Below, piece after piece: positions 51,388-64,000 of a DNA stretch of 64,000 bases. Each line of letters starts with the position of its first letter. Positions within the stretch are counted from its first letter, which is position 1. Location: the NCBI RefSeq assembly GCF_006345805.1, contig NC_043008.1, forward strand, positions 31,248,001 to 31,312,000. The letters are read 5' to 3'. Source of the DNA: Octopus sinensis. Lineage: Eukaryota. The notes under the pieces are model-generated. The model saw nothing but the letters and a program-made list of their open reading frames with translations, was not told the DNA's origin and did no database searches. A program made the translations under genes and the position numbers.

Positions 51388-52059
51388 AGCCACCACAAAT
51401 GTACTCTCATATTAATATTCTTCATTTTTAAATCATTAAAATTGTATGATAGACCTCTAGTTAACAATATTGTTTTGTATGTCAGAAAAGTAAAGGTGCT
51501 CACACCAAACTTCAAAAAGTGTTTTTCTCAAAAGAGACATTTCTGATGTTATGACTATTGAATATATTAGCAACAACACGCAGGCAAGCACACACATTGC
51601 ACTGGCTGTACATAGTGATAGATATTTTTAGTTATAAATGCTAGAACTTCTGAGAGCTGGGAGGAATTGGTGTGTTTGTATCAGTGCAGCCAGTTTTTAG
51701 CGAGATCTCTAACTTGTACAAAATCTGCTCTATTGTAGAATGTTAACCATTGTCTGGACCATCTGCCTTCCTTCTGTTCACAATGGAGTAAATAACTGTT
51801 GTTTGTAAATAATCTCTATAACTGTGTATCTTCCTCTGTTTGGTCACTTGAATATAATTTATAGATAGATATATCGGTTTATTCTGCCGTGCCTGGGGAG
51901 AGTCATTCTCTTTTAGTGTCTTATAATTAAACACACTCACCGGTAAAATTTCCACTCATTTAATTATTTATTTTTCTAAAATCTTTGTTGTGTCTTGCGA
52001 GCTTTTCAAGAGTTGTTGACTCTATCCGTTATTGAAGCTGCGTCCTTTTAGTTTGTTTG

Positions 52060-52560
52060 TGCGCATGTGTGTGTGGGTCAGTGTGTGTGTGTGTGTACAT
52101 ACACATGCATGTATGTATGTATGTATGTATGTATGTATGCATGTATATGTGTGTATGCATGTGTGTGTGTGTATGTATAAATGTATGTGTGTACATTTGT
52201 ATGTATTCTGCCTGCATATTCATGTATTTGTGTGTGTGTGCGTGTGTACCTCTGTCTCCTTGTGTGTGCATGTGTGTGTGTGGATTTTTTGCAACTATGT
52301 ACTGTGTCTATGTATGGATGTGTATCTCCATATGTGTGGACGTGTGTTTCCATATGTGTCCTTGTGTGAAGTGAAGTGTGTGTGTGTGTATATATGGTCA
52401 TGTGTTTCAGTCTTCATTTGTGTATGTGTGCGTGTCTGTTCATATAACCTATGTATCTATCTGTCTGTACGTCTATCTGTTCCCATTCATATCCCTACGC
52501 CTACATACATATACATATAAACACACACTCACATTCACATGTACATCTATCTACATAACA
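52060..52560. repeat. (GT/TATG/CA)n low-complexity tract
   Basis: Read directly; it explains the ORFs at 52029-52569. Confidence 0.9.
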
Positions 52561-52609
52561 GCCCACTAACTATTCTACTCTACCTGTGAGTATGGGGGTA
52601 TGATATCTA

Positions 52610-53890
52610 CTACATATATTTCCTATTTAGTACTGGGGATGTTTCATTTGAGGATGTACTCCTGTATTTGTCCTGTATTTGTCTGGGTGTTGGGTCTTTT
52701 GGGCGCTTGGATAAAATGCAGGTGTTAAGTTGGCCTAGGTTACCTCTATGTTGGTCCTTGGCATATTGGTAGAGTACGGAGGACTGTTTTTTGTTGTCAT
52801 ATTGTCTCAAACGTTCATTTAGTCATTCCATAATGCTCCTAGATGTCTCCCCTATGTATGTTATGTTCATGTCTTTACAAGCACCTCCTATGCATCTTAT
52901 GCATTTCTAGTTCTACAGTTAATGCCAGGGCTAATCGTACATACCATGCAGTTATCATTGGTGCACATGGTATTCTCAAAGGTGTACATCCTACATAGTT
53001 GTGATCTGACGGAGTTCCCTGGCTTTTCAACAATCTTAATGTTGAGTTTGGTCTCCTTCAGAGCTTTTCTAAATCTACGGGCTAGTTCTCCATGGGCTGT
53101 GGCCTCTACAAACATGACTCCTTGTTATTTGTCGGTTTTATACCATGTGTTCACCCTGTTTGCCTTGTCACAAGTCCTTTGTATCCTATTCCAGTCTTTG
53201 TTTCTATACCTAGGGCAGGTACCACTGGTATCATTACATATAATGTTATCTAACTTCTTTCTAGCACCCCTGTATACTCAAACCCTATCTTTCTGATTAT
53301 ATCCAGAGAATTGCAAGCGGTGCATAAAGTTCTGTACATGTTTCTTCATTTCATGGGGTTTGCATAGTGGGGACACATTGTTTATTATCCTAGCTGAGTC
53401 TGCTATCGGTATGTTAATTTTCATGTTGTGTGACACAGCTGAGTTCTTGTGAACAACATATTTCGAAGCTATGGGTTTCATATAATAGGAGTGGAAGAGC
53501 TGCACTCTGTTGTTCACAGACTCTAACCAAAGTTCAGTATCAAGGATGAGGAGTTTATTGTTGGGGTGCCTAGTAAGGTACTCTGTGGTTACCTTGTTAC
53601 TTAGGTGGATAGATTTAGCTACTTGCAGGATGCTCTCCATTACGTTCCCCTCAGTTTCTCCATTACTGTTACTAGAGTTGGTCTTAACTATGATATTAAT
53701 TTACATACCTACTTTAGAGTATAAGAGTTGTGGACTGTTCTACTAAGAATTGCTTAAGTTTTCTGTCCCACCAGGTCATGAAGAGGTCGGCCACATCTCC
53801 AGCTACACCGACACCAATGGCTGCACCTTGAACTTGCATGCTTAGTTTCTTGTTAAACTTTACTATGTGGTTCTTCGTGGTGGTTCTTAC
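52610..53890 (-). mobile_element. Penelope-like element remnant (RT C-terminal half plus GIY-YIG endonuclease)
   Basis: KFNKKLSMQVQGAAIGVGVAGDVADLFM and YVNDIN (RT); LILDTELW, YYMKP and LQFSGY (thumb); MFVEATAHGELARR and C-rich linker; TYIGETSRS...SVLYQY...PVLNRK (GIY-YIG); stops and frameshifts. Confidence 0.88.
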
Positions 53891-55037
53891 ACTGGCCCCT
53901 ATTGCATGTGTTGGTGAGCTTACATCACTGTAATGTAGCAGTTTGGCAAAAGAGACCAATAATAAATACTTTGCTTAACAAAAAATAAGTACTGGGGTTG
54001 AGTCATTCAACTAAAAATTCTTTAAAGCAGTGCCCCAGCACGATGGCAGTCTAAGAACTAAAACAAGTAAAAGAAGATATATACAGATAAATATATAACT
54101 AATGTAGGATAAAATTTTTTTCGAAAAAAAAATTTTTTTATCAATGGCCAGCATATCAAAAAATACCTTTAAAGGTTAAATTTATATACAGATATACATA
54201 TATACAGATAAATATATATATATAAAATTAATCCAAACAAGAAAGCACAAAAAAACACAACGCGAGGACGTGGAACAATTATAGTATTATTGGACGCTCA
54301 GGAAAGAAGAATATATATATATATATACATACAATACACACACATACATGTGTGTGTGTGATAGATAAAGGGATATATCAATAAATGGATAAGAAGATAG
54401 GTAGATAAGATAGAGATGTATATATAAACGTGTGTTTATTATAGATTGATATTCATAATCTAGAGATATGTATGTATGTAGTTCTAGAAATAAATATGTA
54501 TGTAAGAAGGTAGGTAGACAGATAGATTGAGAAACAAATAAGTGCATAGGTACACCTAGCTATCAGTAAGAGTGGTGTTGGAATATAACAGTCTAGTTAC
54601 GACAGCTGTTCCTTAGTTTCATCAAATCACATTAAAAACTACCTGGGAAATGTTGCCTTTTTTCTTGATTGCATTGGACACTTAGAAAAATTGTGTTAAC
54701 CTGGTATTGTGTTTTTTCCCTGTCTATCTTTGGTTCAATTTTTATCCATTTCTTTTCCACTCAACCCTCTCGAAAATTTTTGCATCTCTTGTGTGTCTCT
54801 TGTGAAAATTCCTGTTTTTCACCTGTCTTCCCACCCTTTCCCACTTCTATCTCTTTTTTTATCAATCGTTATATTTTGGAACATTGCTATTGATTTCTTC
54901 CTTCAGCATCATGACAAATTCTTGGTATAGAGATCAACCCCATTTCATTTACTGCCCAACCTGCTAAAAATAGCAACCAAATCTCTTACAAATCACATTT
55001 GTAATCAGAGGTGTTTCAGCAATAGCCATCCCATATT

Positions 55038-55250
55038 TTAACTCTTTAGCATTCGGATTACTCTGTCAAATCTAAGGCTTATCTGTTCACATTGTTTTCA
55101 GTTAATCATGCATTATCTTGTAGCTTCAATGATGTGATTATTTATTTTTACAATAGGGAAGGTGAGATAGCCTGGGTTTAGCCAGTTTGGACATATAATA
55201 GGTAGAGTATTTTTGGCTTGATATAGCCAGTTTAAATTCTAAAAGGTTAA
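55038..55250 (-). mobile_element. MITE family 1
   Basis: TTAA-CTCTTTAGCATTCGG ... TTCTAAAAGG-TTAA. Confidence 0.85.
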
Positions 55251-56581
55251 ACAAAGTATATCTAAGATGATATTTTCTAAGGAGTCATCCAATTTCTAAG
55301 ACAGTTGGGGTGTGGCTTATGAGGAATTTGATTGTTCTTTCTTATGATGATAGGTTATGTATAATATGAGAGAGACTTGGCGGTATTTTCTGATTTTTTT
55401 ATTAGGCTGAGTGAATACATAAACAGCTTCCTTGTTGACTTTGAAGATTGATTTCTTTATATTACCAAGTTGCGATTATGATGTTTGCTCCTTTTGTTGT
55501 TAATTAATAAATAGCTCTTTCACTGTTCAGTTGTTAAAATAAGCCAGCACAGGAGCCTCCATATGGCCACTTGGTTTGCTAGAAATAGTAACCAAATTTT
55601 TTCTTTTCAAATCAATAGGTAACCTCTTAAAAAGTAACCATATATTGGATAATATAATCAGAGATCCAGTATGTCTGGTTGAAAAGGAGACAGGTTGATC
55701 ATAGTGTATCCGCATTCGATAATAACTATCTGGGCTTACTTGGAGCTAAACAACCTATCATCCAAAAGTAGTCACTGAGTTGCTTGTTTAAAATTTGGAA
55801 CCTTTTTTTGCTTTCTTTATGTTAGTGTGATTAGTGAACACTAACATTATTGATTCCAGGTTTCTAATGGATTAATCACTGGTTCACTACACTTTTGATA
55901 ACGAGCGATTTAGTGTAACTCAGTGCAGAACAACTATCACACAGGACCTTGTTCTAAGATGTTGTTTTTCTTCAACCTTGTGGTCTTAGGTTCAGGTTTA
56001 TTGTGCAACAACTTGGGAAGATGCCTTCTACTGTAGTCTTAGGCTGTCCAAAGCCTTGTGTATAGATTTGGTAGAAGTATATCATGTATGTTTGTGTTTG
56101 TCTCTCAGTACTGCTTGATGATTAATGTTGGTTTGTTTATGTCCCGATAACTTAGTGGTTCAACAAAAGAGACCAATAAAGTACCAGGTTTTAAAATGAG
56201 TACTGGGGTCGATTTGTTTAGCTAAACACTTCAAGGCAGTGCTCCAGCATGGCAATAGTCCAAAGACTAAATGTATGTATGAATGGTTCACTTCATAACC
56301 ACATAGTTTTGAATTCTGTGAGGTGTTTTGGGCTAAATTTGACCGTTTGTATAAAGGCAAGACATGATATCCCATTCAAAAATAAGTATTTTTTTCTTTT
56401 TTAAGCCAATAAATATCAACTAGATTGTGGTAGGGAGATAACAGTTTACTCAAAGTAACTACCCTCAGCTTCTGCCACAGCCTCAATTTTGTTCACCTAA
56501 AACCCTTCAAAGTGGTGCTCCAGCATGGCCAAAAGAATAAAAGAAAAATATATATACACATACATACATAAATGCATATAT

Positions 56582-56627
<46 letters not shown>

Positions 56628-59597
56628 GCACATATGTATAGACACAATACATTTATATGTACATATGTATGTATATTATATCCATCCCATACAAACATGG
56701 AAAAGTAGACATGAATGATTATATATATATAACTACTTTTTGCAGATGCATATACACTTCATATGAGATGTGAAACAAAGCTCTTACTAGCATTTTGATC
56801 AACCATAGTCTCTTATGCTATTGAAGTAGTTCGATCTGTCAGTGTAATGTGTGTGTGTGGCGGTGGAGGGGGAGAACAGCTCTTGTTGGTAAGGTTAGAG
56901 GACGTCAGTGGATTTCTAGAAGTTTTCAAGAAATGTTCTGCTATAAAGTTATAAATTCCTGTTCCCCCTCCTCCTCACCACCACCCTCTCCGATACAAAC
57001 TACACATACTTTAATTTTTTTTTTTTCTCCAATCTCAGCTGATTCCATGTTAACAATAGATATGACAATGGAACCTGTGGTATTAATAATGACGACAATG
57101 TGGATGGCTGAGGCGTGGATGGAAACTTGAAGGTTATAAGAGGAGAATCTGAACAGATCCAATCTATATACATTGTCTGATTCAAACTTCACACAATAAT
57201 ATACTTGTAATGTTATCTGCTTGTAACTTTACGTAATGAAAATCTAATTATTGATAGCTGCAACAACAGAAACAACAACAGCACCACCGACAACAACAGC
57301 TGAAACAACAAGAGACAAATCAATAATGATGATAATAATCAATTTGCATTGATTTGTGTGTGTGCATGCATACACACACACCGATATGTATGTACATATA
57401 TATATATTTATATATATATATATATATTTATATGTATATATATTGTTATATAATGCATGTGTGCATGTATATACAGTTGTATATGTGAGCATATTCACAT
57501 ATAGATATGCATATGCACAGGTGGACAGACACATATCTAAAAAAATTCATTTGAATATGTGCATTCATAAATGTGCATCATTCTCTCATATTTTTAATTC
57601 AGTTAGTAAACTACATAGGTGTTTCAGTATGTGCATATGCATCTGTGCACGCATGTGCAAACTTGCTTATGCATATCTTCCTGTATCAATGCATAGGTTT
57701 TCCTCTTTTTTTTTCCAACATACCTCTCTGCTCTCACCAACTTATCAACAGATTTCGTTGTGTGTGTGTGCATGTGTCAGATGCATTGTGTTTGTCAACA
57801 TCTATGTATTATGCATGTGCTGCGTATTCTGCTGTGTCTGAATGTGATGCATGTATATGGCTCCAAATGCAGATGGGGATTCATATTTCCAACCCGTTGT
57901 TCTGCAGAATCAAATCTAGACATTTTCATGTGAGATACTCGTATTAATATTTTATATTTCCATTATTTATTACTTAAATAAATAAATGATATCACCACCA
58001 CTGCCATCACCATAATTGCTATCTTTTTTTTTTCTCATTATTTCTATTGTCTTTCGGGAGAAATAGTTTATGAAAATAATAAACTGCATTCTGTTCCATG
58101 TTTTCCCTGGCACCTGTTTGTTTGCGCTAAATATTCTGTTTGTCAATCTATCATCATTGTCCAAGAAATTCTTGTGTTTACTGGTCTCCCTAGAATGGCA
58201 AATGAATCAGTCACACTTTCTCCTTACTGATGTTGCATTAGGTTGGATTCTGTCATTTATTAGGTACCTATGTGGAGGCACAGTGTTCACCTTGTCTACT
58301 TGTATGCCCTTCTCTCTTGCACTCTCTCATATGACAAACTTACTCACAATATTTACGACTCTACTTTCATTTTATCACTAGCACGTTCTCTCTTCCCTCC
58401 CTGCTCTGTTCTCACATAATCTCTATGTATAATGCTTTCCTTTTCTTTTTCTATTGTTAGCTTTTTCTCAAATCTTCTATTGCTTTCTTTATGCAGGCCT
58501 ATGTACATGCATACATAATTACTCTCCATTCTTTCTTCTCTTTACACTCTCTCTCTCTATCTCTCTCTCTCACCTTCCCACTTACACATACACACACACA
58601 TCCTCTGTTGATGATCTCAAGCAAAGTTAGAACCAATGGTGGTTCAGTTTGTAACAGCTAGCTTCATACCACCTGCACTACCACCACTACCAGCATTTGC
58701 CACTTTTTGTTATGCTTCATAGAGAATACCTTTGACCTGTTTGAGCAGGGTAATTTATTATTTACAGCTGTGACATAACTGACAGCATATCACATTCTCC
58801 TACCCTTTCCCAGCGGAGAATTTTCAGCCAAACCAGATTTTAATGTTTAAGCTTTTTCAATAATTAAAACACTGGTTGCAAACAAGAGAATTTATACTTG
58901 GGCCAGTCAACCTACTCATGCTAGCAATCAAATTACTCACTACAAGGACATATTGAACATTGTATGCAAAAAAAAAAAAAAGATACAGGATGATTACAGC
59001 TATCACATCTTTCATAATTGATCTGCTGGATCACAGTTTAACTTGGAGCTAAAGAATGATAGCTGATACAATACATCCTTGTTATAACACACTATGGTTG
59101 ATATCCTTAAAATGATGTTGTGAAAAAAGTAGGATCATACTGCATCAATGTTCAAGAAATTTAATTCTTTTATCTTTCTCATTCATTTGACTGCAGCCAT
59201 GCTGAAGCACTGCCTTTAAGGGTTTCAGTTGAAGAAATCAACCCCAGGACTTATTCTATGTAAGCCTAGTACTTATTCTATCAGCCTCTTTTGTCAAACC
59301 ACTAAGTTCTGGGGACATAAACACACCACCATCTGTTGTCTAGTGATGGCGGGGGTATAAAGATACACACATACACATATTACAGGCTCCTTTCAGTATC
59401 CAACTACCAAATCCACTCACAAGGCTTTGGTCAACCTGAGGCTATAGTAGGAGACACTTGCTGAGACTGAACCTGGAACCCTGAGGTTGAGAAGCAAGTT
59501 TCTTACCACACAGTCACGCCTGCAAAGAACATAAAAATGGTCCAGTGATTTATTACATTATTTACATTTGATAGATATTTGTTCTCATCTTGTTTGT

Positions 59598-59646
59598 TGT
59601 TAACATGTTTCAGCTGATACACCCTCCAGCCTTCATCAGGTGTCAT
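59598..59646 (-). ncRNA. Hammerhead ribozyme motif, left arm (intact CUGAUGA core; stem III/cleavage region shortened)
   Basis: Minus strand GACAC-CTGATGA-A-GGCTG-GAGGGTGTAT-CAGCT-GAAA-CATGTT. Confidence 0.7.
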
Positions 59647-59933
59647 GGGGAAATTTTGAACCTGGGTTCTCATTCCTAAGGTATTTTTCGATGTTGTTGT
59701 TATTATTTTTATTCAGGTCACTGCCTGAACTAGAACTCGAAATCTTAGGGTTAGTAGCCCGCGCTCTTAACCACTACGCCATATGCTCATGCATATGGTG
59801 TAGTGGTTAAGAGCGTGGGCTACTAACCCCAAGATTTCAAGTTCGATTCCAGGCAGTGACCTGAATAATAATAATCATAATAATAACATCGAAAAATACC
59901 TTAGGAATGAGAACCCAGGTTCAAAATTTCCCC

Positions 59934-59980
59934 AAGACACTTGATGAAGGCTGGAAGGTATATCAGTCGAAACGTGTTAA
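59934..59980 (+). ncRNA. Hammerhead ribozyme motif, right arm (C3-to-U change)
   Basis: AAGACAC-TTGATGA-A-GGCTG-GAAGGTATAT-CAGTC-GAAA-CGTGTT. Confidence 0.65.
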
Positions 59981-60459
59981 CAACAAACAAGATGAGGACA
60001 AATATCTATCAAATGTAAATAATGTAAATAATGTACCCAATTCCTCATCTCTTAAATATAGAACTGCAGTGATTTATTGTCTTTTATATTTGAATTTGCA
60101 TCAGATTGAGGTGTGCTGTAAGGAGACTGCTCCGATGAGTGTTTCCCAAGCACAAATTTTTTGGTTCAGTCACACATGCTTGCATACTGGAGAAAACATG
60201 AGCTAGAATGTTTTCTCTTGTAAGCAAATACTAAAGGGTATTGTAATCGAAATAAATGAAACAAAGATTGAAGAATGAGGTACCTTTGACACGTCACCTG
60301 ATGAGACACATCTGCACCGAATGATGCACTACAACTGTTTGTACAGCATCTCACCCATGAGGGACTATTGCATGATGGATCGAAATGACTATTGTGATTA
60401 ATAAAGAATCTTGTGAATTCCATATTCTTTCTCTTTCTCTCATATAAATATACGTGTAG

Positions 60460-60622
60460 GTTTGCATATGCATATACATGTGTATGTATGTATACATATA
60501 CATGCATATGTATACATATATATATGTATACATATACATATATACTTACATATACATGTATATATGCACATGTACTTACATGTATGTATATATATGCATG
60601 TATATACATGTACATACATGTA

Positions 60623-60664
<42 letters not shown>

Positions 60665-61017
60665 CATGTATGTATATATATATATGTATACATGTATGTA
60701 TATATATATATGTATACATGTATGTATATGTATACATGTATGTATATATATATATGTATACATGTATGTATATATATATGTATACATGTATGTATATATA
60801 TATATGTATACATGTATGTATATATATATATGTATACATGTATGTATATGTATACATGTATGTATATATATATATCTATACATGTATGTATATATATATG
60901 TATACATGTATGTATATATATATGTATACATGTATGTATATATATATGTATGTATATATATACATGTATGTGTGTATATATATATGTATATGTATATATA
61001 CAGACATATATGTACAC
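60460..61017. repeat. Purine-pyrimidine minisatellite, unit about TATGTATACATGTATG(TA)n, 12-30 bp
   Basis: Read directly; it produces long stop-free frames (ORFs 60166-61066). Confidence 0.95.
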
Positions 61018-61019
61018 AG

Positions 61020-61350
61020 TGAAGGCATGTGGCTCAATGGTTAGAGTGTCAGTCTCACAATCATGAGGTAGTGAGTTTGATTCCTAGACTGGGTTGTGTG
61101 TTGTGTTCATGAGCAAGACACTATATTTCACATTGTTCCAGTTCACTCAGCTGTAGAAATGAATTGTGATATCACTAATGCCAAGATGTATCAGCCTTTG
61201 CCTTACCCTTAGATAACACTGGTGGCTTGGAAAGGTGAGACTGGTATGCATGGGTAACTGGTGGTCTTCCATAAACAACTTTGCCTGGACTTGTGCCTCA
61301 AAGGGGAACTTTCTAGGTGCAATCTCATGGTCATTCATGAGTAAAAGGGG
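61020..61350 (+). mobile_element. SINE family C
   Basis: Colinear with 11405-11735. Confidence 0.85.
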
Positions 61351-61385
61351 TCTTTACTTTTTTTTTACATACATATACGTGTGTG

Positions 61386-61428
<43 letters not shown>

Positions 61429-62783
61429 GTAGCAGAGGTGGCTATTAAGTGGTAAATATAAAGAAAAGAAAATACCATTTAATAGCCACCTGGATTTATT
61501 CAGGATTGCACCTAAGGACTCATGTTCTGGCTTCTATAACTTCGGAAAGTTGAACTATGAACCTTTATGCTTCTTTTTTCTTCTTTCTCTCCATCTCCTT
61601 ATTCTTTTACTCCCTTCCTCTATTTTGTCATCTTGTTAATATATACCATTTTCATTTTCCCTATTTTCTCCCTATTTGTCTCTGATGATGGAATATCCCA
61701 TACTTGGAGATATTCCAGAAACAGCTGTAAGATTTTGAATTTCTTCCTATCATAATATTGTATATGACTTGAGATGTTTGCTTTGCCTTAATGTTTACTG
61801 TCCTGTTTAACAATTATACATATATGAGAGACTTCCACACAATTTCTGTCTACCAAATGCACTCACAGGACCCTTGTTGCCCCACTGTTATAGTACAAGA
61901 CTCTTGCCCAACGTGTTGTGCAATGGCAGCTTCTTCACCAGACAGCCATATCTGTGAAAATGAAAACTTACTTCATACAAAGCCAGCAGTCAAAAATTTG
62001 GAGTAAGGGAATTATTGTTTTCTTTGACCTCAATACCTTACTGGATTTGAACTCAGAAGGGAGAGAACCAGAACAAATACCTCAAGGCATTTTGTCAAGG
62101 GCTCTAATCATTTTGCCAATTTGTCACTTTCCATCAAATAATGATTTTTAACTGAAGTGGAAAGGCTATAAATTTGTGTAGGGTACAGAAGTAGGGAATT
62201 GAATAGATCTCCAGTTCTTGACTTTGTTGAGTCTAGACATTTTCTTTCTTTCTCACTCACATTGTTTGTCTCTCTCTATTCCACACTCTCTTCTGCACAC
62301 ATACACTCAGCAATGTATTTAGTGCTGGATCTGTATATGAAACAAAGGAAAGAAATTATGGGAAAGAGAGGGGAAGAGACTGTGTATGTGAGAGAGGGAG
62401 AGAGACAGAGAAATGTACACAGATGGGTGCATGAGTGGGCTTACAATGAGAGTGAAGATAGCTTTTTTGGAGAAGAGGGTATTGTAGTAGTGATCAAAAA
62501 TGTCAGAGAGAGGAATCATGACTGCAAATAAGATTTTGTAATTTATTGAAATAAAATCTTTTTGCCAATCAGCCAGAGAGCAGAGGCTATTGTAATAGAA
62601 GTAGAAGTAATAGAGAAAATGGGGAAACAGCCTATCTTTCAGTGAGCTGTTATTGTAGTTGTCTTGGCCTTGACCTGTCATCAAAGACATTTCAGTTATC
62701 ACCAACCTGCTTTTGTATATCTAGGAATACATATGCCAATGTGTCTTTTTTTTTTTCTTTTTCTTTGTAAGATAGGTTGGGAT

Positions 62784-62988
62784 TTAACCCATTCAGATTA
62801 TTCTGTCAAATGTAATAATGCTCAGTAATTCACAGGGTTTAGAGTTTATCTTCAATGATGTGATTGTTTATTTTAAGAATGGCATTGTAGGGTAAGTGTG
62901 AGAGGCTCGATTTATGTTCCTGCTTGAACGTAAAGCAAGTAGAATATTTGGGCTGGATATGGCCAGCTTAGATGCTATAAAGCGTTAA
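62784..62988 (-). mobile_element. MITE family 1
   Basis: TTAA-CCCATTCAGATTATTCTGTCAAATG ... GATGCTATAAAGCG-TTAA. Confidence 0.8.
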
Positions 62989-64000
62989 GAGAATTTAGTT
63001 GCTACCTAGAGCAAGTCAACTGACTGCATCAAGACTCCAGTGTAGTGTATATGTAGAAAGATAGAGAGCAGTTAAGGAGCAGCTTGTAGTGGCATCATTG
63101 TCCCAGAATATCAGTGGTTTGTCTGGGATATTCTGGAGGAATTTCTCAAAATAAAGTTAGAATTTAATAACAACAACAATAAAAATTATACCTTCCCCTC
63201 ATCCTCCTCTCTACATGCTAGGTTTGTTTGCAATATGTTGAGATGGAAATATTTAATAGCATTTCAGAGACTTTTTTCTTTCTTTTCTTACTGAACTGAC
63301 TTTGGCTGACATAGAATCTCTCTGAGCTCTTTGAATTCTCTTTGTGTAGTTTTGGATATTGTTTTGGATGTGTCATCTGTAGTTATAGATTACTGGCTGA
63401 TGTTTCAAATACAGTTCTTTCTCTGCCTCCCTCTTTCTCTCTGCATTCCTTCATCTATATCTCCATCTCCCAGTCTTCCTCTCTCCTGAATGACTGCTGC
63501 CACACCTTTACACCAGCCCAGTGCATCCTGTGTGTTTGTACACCTGCTCCCACTTAACATTATTCAACAATAGTTGCAATACAACTTGCACAGCCAACAG
63601 TTCAAGCATTTCTTCATTTATTGTTTATTTATTTCTATCTATCTGTCTGTCTATCTATCTATCAATCAATCTATCTATCTATCTGTCTATCTGTATCTTT
63701 TGCTTTCAATCTTCCTCTTTTTCTATTTTCCACAATCTCTCTCTCTCTCTCTCATCCACTCATTCCTTATCTTTTCCCTCACTGTATTGCTATCTTTCTT
63801 TCTTAGACACACACACATACACACACACACACACACTCTCTCTCTCTGTGTCCCATACTCATTTTCTTTTGCATTTACACACAGACACAACTAGTGCAAT
63901 CTAATTTGTAACATTCTTTTTAGTCTCTAAAAACAGTTTTACATGTAATAATAATATTTAAGCTCTTCTTTTTAACTATTTTTAGTTGTTAACTTATAAT

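Larger units (their letters stand above)
59551..60028. mobile_element. Palindromic tRNA-head/hammerhead element, copy B (both arms complete)
   Basis: Arms of about 235 bp are reverse complements, about 90% identical by hand alignment, around a 4-nt spacer at 59787-59790. Confidence 0.9.

Noticed and set aside
52000-52045. Hammerhead at the minus-strand hairpin AGAGT-CAACA-ACTCT followed by GAAAAGCTC, downstream of the Penelope ORF
   Set aside because: A stem II-like hairpin and GAAA are present but there is no CUGANGA core and no clear stem I; at most a decayed relic.
52029-52569. Cys/Val-rich ORFs up to 162 aa
   Set aside because: (GT)n low-complexity artefacts. The same applies to 35976-36427, 57244-57947 and 8974-9376.
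54225-54310. Possible Penelope terminal-repeat fragment upstream of the RT remnant
   Set aside because: Short and separated from the ORF by a SINE fragment, with no ribozyme core in the window; cannot be linked from this sequence alone.
59791-59865. Genuine tRNA gene
   Set aside because: No pairing acceptor stem and the sequence is embedded in a repeated palindromic element; treated as a tRNA-derived head, like the other SINE heads.
60166-61066. Long overlapping ORFs (163-283 aa)
   Set aside because: They are translations of a TA/CA/TG satellite that lacks stop codons; composition is almost only Y, I, C, M, H, T, V.

Overview
AT-rich eukaryotic DNA dominated by transposable-element relics and microsatellites. 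The SINE families look like those of octopus/cephalopod genomes (recognised by eye, not by a database search). No intact protein-coding gene, rRNA, tRNA gene or CRISPR array is supported; the window reads as intronic or intergenic. Decayed coding relics: Ty3/Gypsy gag-integrase (20.0-21.4 kb), piggyBac transposase (23.3-24.0 kb), two R4/Dong-type RLE LINEs (41.1-41.7 and 44.0-45.7 kb), a Penelope-like RT/GIY-YIG element (52.6-53.9 kb), several RTE LINE 3' ends and a mariner fragment. At least four tRNA-derived SINE families and several MITE families (TTAA, TA and 8-bp target types) fill much of the rest. The most interesting structure is a palindromic element seen twice (19.6-20.0 and 59.55-60.03 kb): two divergent tRNA-Ser-like Pol III heads, each leading outward to a minimal type I hammerhead ribozyme motif of the Penelope type. 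Other notable items: a piggyBac remnant sitting between the two halves of the window's commonest MITE, a (TAA)n insertion hotspot shared by R4/Dong LINEs and one SINE family, a 310-bp foldback element and a candidate 6-nt microexon. Many coordinates of decayed repeats are approximate.
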